A stretch of 31,342 nt of DNA, from the NCBI GenBank assembly GCA_050633245.1, contig JBOEGD010000014.1, positions 158,516 through 189,857 of the forward strand, read 5' to 3'. How positions within the stretch are numbered: the first letter of the stretch is position 1; each line of letters opens with the position of its first letter. The notes beneath the pieces were generated by a model that saw nothing but the letters and a program-made list of their open reading frames with translations, was not told the DNA's origin and made no database searches. Positions 28,048-31,342 of the stretch are shown here, one piece after another. The DNA is from Calditrichia bacterium (lineage in GTDB: Bacteria; Calditrichota; Calditrichia; RBG-13-44-9; J075). The position numbers and the translations under genes were made by a program.

Positions 28048-28764
28048 ATGGAAAATCAGAACTTCAATATTATTTCAATTGCTCCCAGTATAATCAGGTA
28101 CTTCCCGGCTTCTATGGAAAAGGAAGACTGGATGGGAGATGAATATGTTAAATTCACAGAATTAGAAATTCCTCTTGGACATTCCAGATATGGCGGACCT
28201 GTGGTTGACTTGCCTGAAGATACTCAGATTCCTGGAGGCATGAGATTTGCCGCCCAATTAGATCTCTTTATGTTTTCTAAATACGACCCTTCTGGGCTAT
28301 TACCTCAAAAAGGGCAACTCATTTTCTTTGCCGATATAATGTCAGACTCAGGGAAAGTAATTTATAATGATACGCCCAATGAAAACTTAAAAAGAAATAT
28401 CATTGAACATGAGGATAACTTCTGGGATGGAGTTCTAATTGATAAAATCTGGACAGACAAGGAATCTTGGAATGAAAGGTTTCGAGAACCCGAAGACGAT
28501 TGGGACAAAAAAAACGTAAATGAAAACGGATTGATCTGGGACGATTTCGCTGGGAGTGAAAGATCTAAGTTGTTTGGGATTTTTACGCATTGCCAATTGG
28601 GACAGTCTGAAATTGAAAAAATCACTGACTCAGGGAAAGTCGTTCTACTTCAAATAGGGGAAAACGGATTTAATGATGAAGGGGTTTTCAGTGTCCTTAT
28701 TCCCAAAAAGGATTTAGAGAACTTAAATTTCCACAACTGTGAATTTCACTGGGGACAATCATGA
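28048..28764 (+). CDS. DUF1963/YwqG-like protein
   Basis: G-x-S-R-Y-G-G-P-x-x-D-L-P; FAAQLDL...LLPQKGQLIFF; VLLQI...D-x-G...LIPKKDLENLNF...WGQS. Confidence 0.75.
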   Translation: MENQNFNIISIAPSIIRYFPASMEKEDWMGDEYVKFTELEIPLGHSRYGGPVVDLPEDTQIPGGMRFAAQLDLFMFSKYDPSGLLPQKGQLIFFADIMSDSGKVIYNDTPNENLKRNIIEHEDNFWDGVLIDKIWTDKESWNERFREPEDDWDKKNVNENGLIWDDFAGSERSKLFGIFTHCQLGQSEIEKITDSGKVVLLQIGENGFNDEGVFSVLIPKKDLENLNFHNCEFHWGQS

Positions 28765-28771
28765 AAAATAC

Positions 28772-28824
28772 CGCCAACACAGTGTAAAAGTGTATTAAAA
28801 CGCATTTTACACTAAATGTTATGC
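28772..28824 (+). mobile_element. Short attC site
   Basis: R'' CGCCAAC; arms AGTGTAAAA/TTTTACACT with an adjacent extra G; R' GTTATGC; R'' region 9/12 complementary to cassette start GTTAGAGGTAAT. Confidence 0.85.
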
Positions 28825-28855
28825 TCAACTAAAAAAGAAAAAATCGACAGCTCAA

Positions 28856-29293
28856 ATGAAAAAGCTAATTCCAGCAGAATCAGATAAAGTTTTAAAATCC
28901 CAAATTGGGGAAATAAAAAACAATGACGATGCAATCAAACAGTTTTTGAAATTCTTCGAAGAATTCAAAATTAAAGAAGAATTAGAACATGAGGAAGAAG
29001 ATATGATGTTGTTTCAATATGGTATCTACGATTGGCAAAACGGAAAGGGGAAAGAATTCAGCTTCGGTTTAACCAGGCAATTTGAAATTCCAGATGAAGA
29101 TGAATTTTTACAATTAAGTCTAACACTCTTTTACAATTGCGACCAAACCGGAGAAGTTGAATCGTTTAATAGTTGGTCAGTAGATAGTGGAAACCTAAAT
29201 GATTGGGAACAACTAATAAAAAATTCAGAAGGGTATTTAAAATCCAAAAATCGAACTCCCAATAGAATTGAAATTGGATTGGTTGAAACATAA
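28856..29293 (+). CDS. Hypothetical acidic protein (cassette gene of unknown function)
   Basis: 145-aa ORF right after an attC R'; DMMLFQYGIYDW...LTRQF...LQLSLTLFY. Confidence 0.75.
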   Translation: MKKLIPAESDKVLKSQIGEIKNNDDAIKQFLKFFEEFKIKEELEHEEEDMMLFQYGIYDWQNGKGKEFSFGLTRQFEIPDEDEFLQLSLTLFYNCDQTGEVESFNSWSVDSGNLNDWEQLIKNSEGYLKSKNRTPNRIEIGLVET

Positions 29294-29405
29294 ATAAGGT
29301 GTTTTGAAAAAAAGTTTTAACTATGAAGATTCTATATATTAGAATTCCAATTGAGGGAAAGATAATCCCCCCGAAAAATAGTGCTGTTTGTAAGTAGAAT
29401 TTTCT

Positions 29406-29414
29406 TGTTATACT
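29406..29414 (+). promoter_or_regulatory. Possible extended -10 promoter for the esterase
   Basis: TG-T-TATACT, 27 nt before ATG 29442. Confidence 0.4.
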
Positions 29415-29441
29415 TAGTCTCCACCAAAACCCGAGCTCCCA

Positions 29442-30710
29442 ATGAAAGACCTCTCGATCTTCCTGTTACTCATCTCCATTCAGTTCACAGTATTCGCTCA
29501 GAGCAATGACCAAACAAACGACATCTCCATCGGCCAAACAATTGAAATAGAATCCAGAATTCTCGGTGAGACCAGGCAGATCTTTGTGCATCAGCCGAAA
29601 GGCTTTTGGGGTATGGATGAAGCGATGAGTAATTTTCCAGTTGTGCTGGTTCTGGATGGCGAATCGCAGTTCCTGCATACGGTAAGCACCGTGGACTTTT
29701 TGAGCTCTGCCCCGCTGGGGAACGATATAATTCCGAGATCGCTTGTGGTTGGAATAGCGAATACCAATCGCGATAGAGATTTAACTCCCATCAAAGGAGT
29801 GATTGCAAATGATTCAACGACTTTGGAAATAACCGGCGGTGGGAAAACATTTCTGAGCTTCATAACGGAGGAGCTGATTCCGTTTATTGAGGCTAACTAT
29901 TCAACGTCAAATCATCGAACAATTATTGGGCATTCTTTAGGTGGACTCATTGCGTTTGAAGCGCTCCTGCGAAAAAGAGGCTACTTCAATAACTACATTG
30001 CAATAGATCCTGGATTGGGATATGCAGACGAAATCTATATGCAAGAAGTCCTGGATACGCTAAACCATGCTGACCTTTCAACAGAGAACCTGTATTTTGC
30101 AGCCGGTAATACCCGGCCGACTTTTTTGACAGATGAAGATCTGCTAACAGACGACTCGGATTTTATGAAGCTAACGGACATACCAAATCGAAAGTTCATC
30201 AATGAGACCGAGAAGAATGAATGGTCACTCAACCTGACCTCCAAACATTATCCAGCAGACAACCACTTTTCAATTCCCCTGAAGGCAACCGATGACGCCC
30301 TGAGGACATTCTATCAGTATTACTCATTTCCGGAAATAATCGATTACTATCATCCGAAGTACAAGAATAAGTCAGGCCTGATTGAAAAAATCGAAGCCCA
30401 TTACAAAATGATTAGCTCCAAAATGGGATATGAAGTTATTCCGATGGTGGGCTACATAAATTCATTTGCATTCGGCATCGCCCCCTCAGGCAGAATGGAT
30501 TTAGCAATTGCCTTATTCGAGTACAATATTGAACTGCACCCGAATAATCCTGTTGTCTATAATAACATTGGCTACTTCTACATGTCCCAAGGAAATAAAC
30601 AGGGTGCTTTAAAAGCCTTTAAGAAATCGGTTCAGCTTAAATTCGACGATTACATTCTCGGATTGGTCGAGAGTCTGGAAAAGGAAATAGCTGATGATAA
30701 CAAAGGATAA
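29442..30710 (+). CDS. Secreted alpha/beta hydrolase (IroE/Fes-like esterase) with C-terminal TPR
   Basis: Signal peptide; PVVLVLDG; RDRDLTP; GHSLGG; DNH; TPR-like tail. Confidence 0.88.
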   Translation: MKDLSIFLLLISIQFTVFAQSNDQTNDISIGQTIEIESRILGETRQIFVHQPKGFWGMDEAMSNFPVVLVLDGESQFLHTVSTVDFLSSAPLGNDIIPRSLVVGIANTNRDRDLTPIKGVIANDSTTLEITGGGKTFLSFITEELIPFIEANYSTSNHRTIIGHSLGGLIAFEALLRKRGYFNNYIAIDPGLGYADEIYMQEVLDTLNHADLSTENLYFAAGNTRPTFLTDEDLLTDDSDFMKLTDIPNRKFINETEKNEWSLNLTSKHYPADNHFSIPLKATDDALRTFYQYYSFPEIIDYYHPKYKNKSGLIEKIEAHYKMISSKMGYEVIPMVGYINSFAFGIAPSGRMDLAIALFEYNIELHPNNPVVYNNIGYFYMSQGNKQGALKAFKKSVQLKFDDYILGLVESLEKEIADDNKG

Positions 30711-30755
30711 AACATCAGTAGAATAATAGGGCAAGAATTAAATAAAAAGATCAGC

Positions 30756-30821
30756 TGACAACAAGACTTATAAGCAATAGCGCCCTGCGGGACGCTACTG
30801 CTCATAGCCAAACCGTTATGC
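30756..30821 (+). mobile_element. attC site
   Basis: R'' TGACAAC; GACTTATAAGCAATAGCGCCC-TGC-GGGACGCTACTGCTCATAGCC hairpin with extrahelical bases; R' GTTATGC. Confidence 0.88.
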
Positions 30822-30854
30822 TCAATTATATATAAAAAAGCCGACAAAATAATA

Positions 30855-31307
30855 ATGAACCAATTCAATATATTAAATCGTGAAATGACGCCTGAAGAAA
30901 TGGATAAAATGAACTCTGGGTTTGATCAGCTTTCGCTTGAGGAAGGTTTAGAACCAGAAAGTTCAGACAGACTCACTTTCGTGGCTCTGGACGGTAACAC
31001 GTTTATCGGTTGTTCATCAGGTTTAGTATACAAAAATGGTGATAACTATTCGGGTTGGTTTTTTCTTACAGATCTTTTTGTAGAGAAAAAATATCGTTCT
31101 CAAGGTTTGGGGACAGATCTATTGAAAACACTAGAAGAACAGGCAATAGTCATAGGTGTAAAAAACATATGGCTTTGGACCTCGGGCTTTGAAGCCTTGA
31201 AGTTCTATCGAAGACATGGTTATTATGAGTTCATAGAAATGGAATCGTGGTATTCTGATGGAAGCAGTCGGGTTGGATTAAGAAAGAATTTATCCACAAT
31301 ATCATGA
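30855..31307 (+). CDS. GNAT family N-acetyltransferase
   Basis: LFVEKKYRSQGLGTDLL (motif A); ALKFYRRHGY. Confidence 0.93.
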   Translation: MNQFNILNREMTPEEMDKMNSGFDQLSLEEGLEPESSDRLTFVALDGNTFIGCSSGLVYKNGDNYSGWFFLTDLFVEKKYRSQGLGTDLLKTLEEQAIVIGVKNIWLWTSGFEALKFYRRHGYYEFIEMESWYSDGSSRVGLRKNLSTIS

Positions 31308-31320
31308 CCATACGAAAAGA

Positions 31321-31342
31321 TAACAGAGTACAACGAATGAAT
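31321..31342 (+). mobile_element. Start (R'') of the next attC, cut by the window edge
   Basis: TAACAGAGTACAAC is 10/14 complementary to GNAT cassette start GTTATGCTCAATTA (30815). Confidence 0.7.

Larger units (their letters stand above)
24940..31342 (+). mobile_element. Integron-type gene cassette array with no intI in the window; continues past the window end
   Basis: Co-oriented unrelated AT-rich ORFs; attC-like hairpins; complementary R'/R'' core sites flanking individual genes. Confidence 0.85.

Overview
Bacterial chromosomal segment. The gene style (FadL-like and DUF3078 barrels, OmpA proteins with Ca-binding repeats, sigma-54 systems) suggests an FCB-group or Calditrichota-like lineage; this is inference only. 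Bases 1-24.4 kb are core-like. They hold (i) an FG-GAP/ASPIC-UnbV sensor kinase and an NtrC-type regulator next to a sigma-54-promoted gene pair encoding a charge-block lipoprotein and a FadL-like barrel; (ii) a Rab/Ras-like GTPase operon (coiled-coil, Roadblock/MglB-like, GTPase, PAS-bEBP) followed by an enhancer and -24/-12 promoter driving BON-OmpA envelope genes; and (iii) a degenerate DAGK-family gene, miaA and mutL. From about 24.8 kb to the end is an AT-richer, all-plus-strand integron-type cassette array with recognisable attC sites: Cap12-type TIR-TPR, serine hydrolase, DUF1963-like, hypothetical, esterase-TPR and GNAT. The most unusual feature is a ~110-bp module (sigma-70 promoter plus attI-like site ending at the G|TT crossover) repeated three times inside the array, with no integrase in the window. 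The first cassette is a stand-alone TIR-TPR candidate anti-phage receptor. No rRNA, tRNA or CRISPR array was seen.
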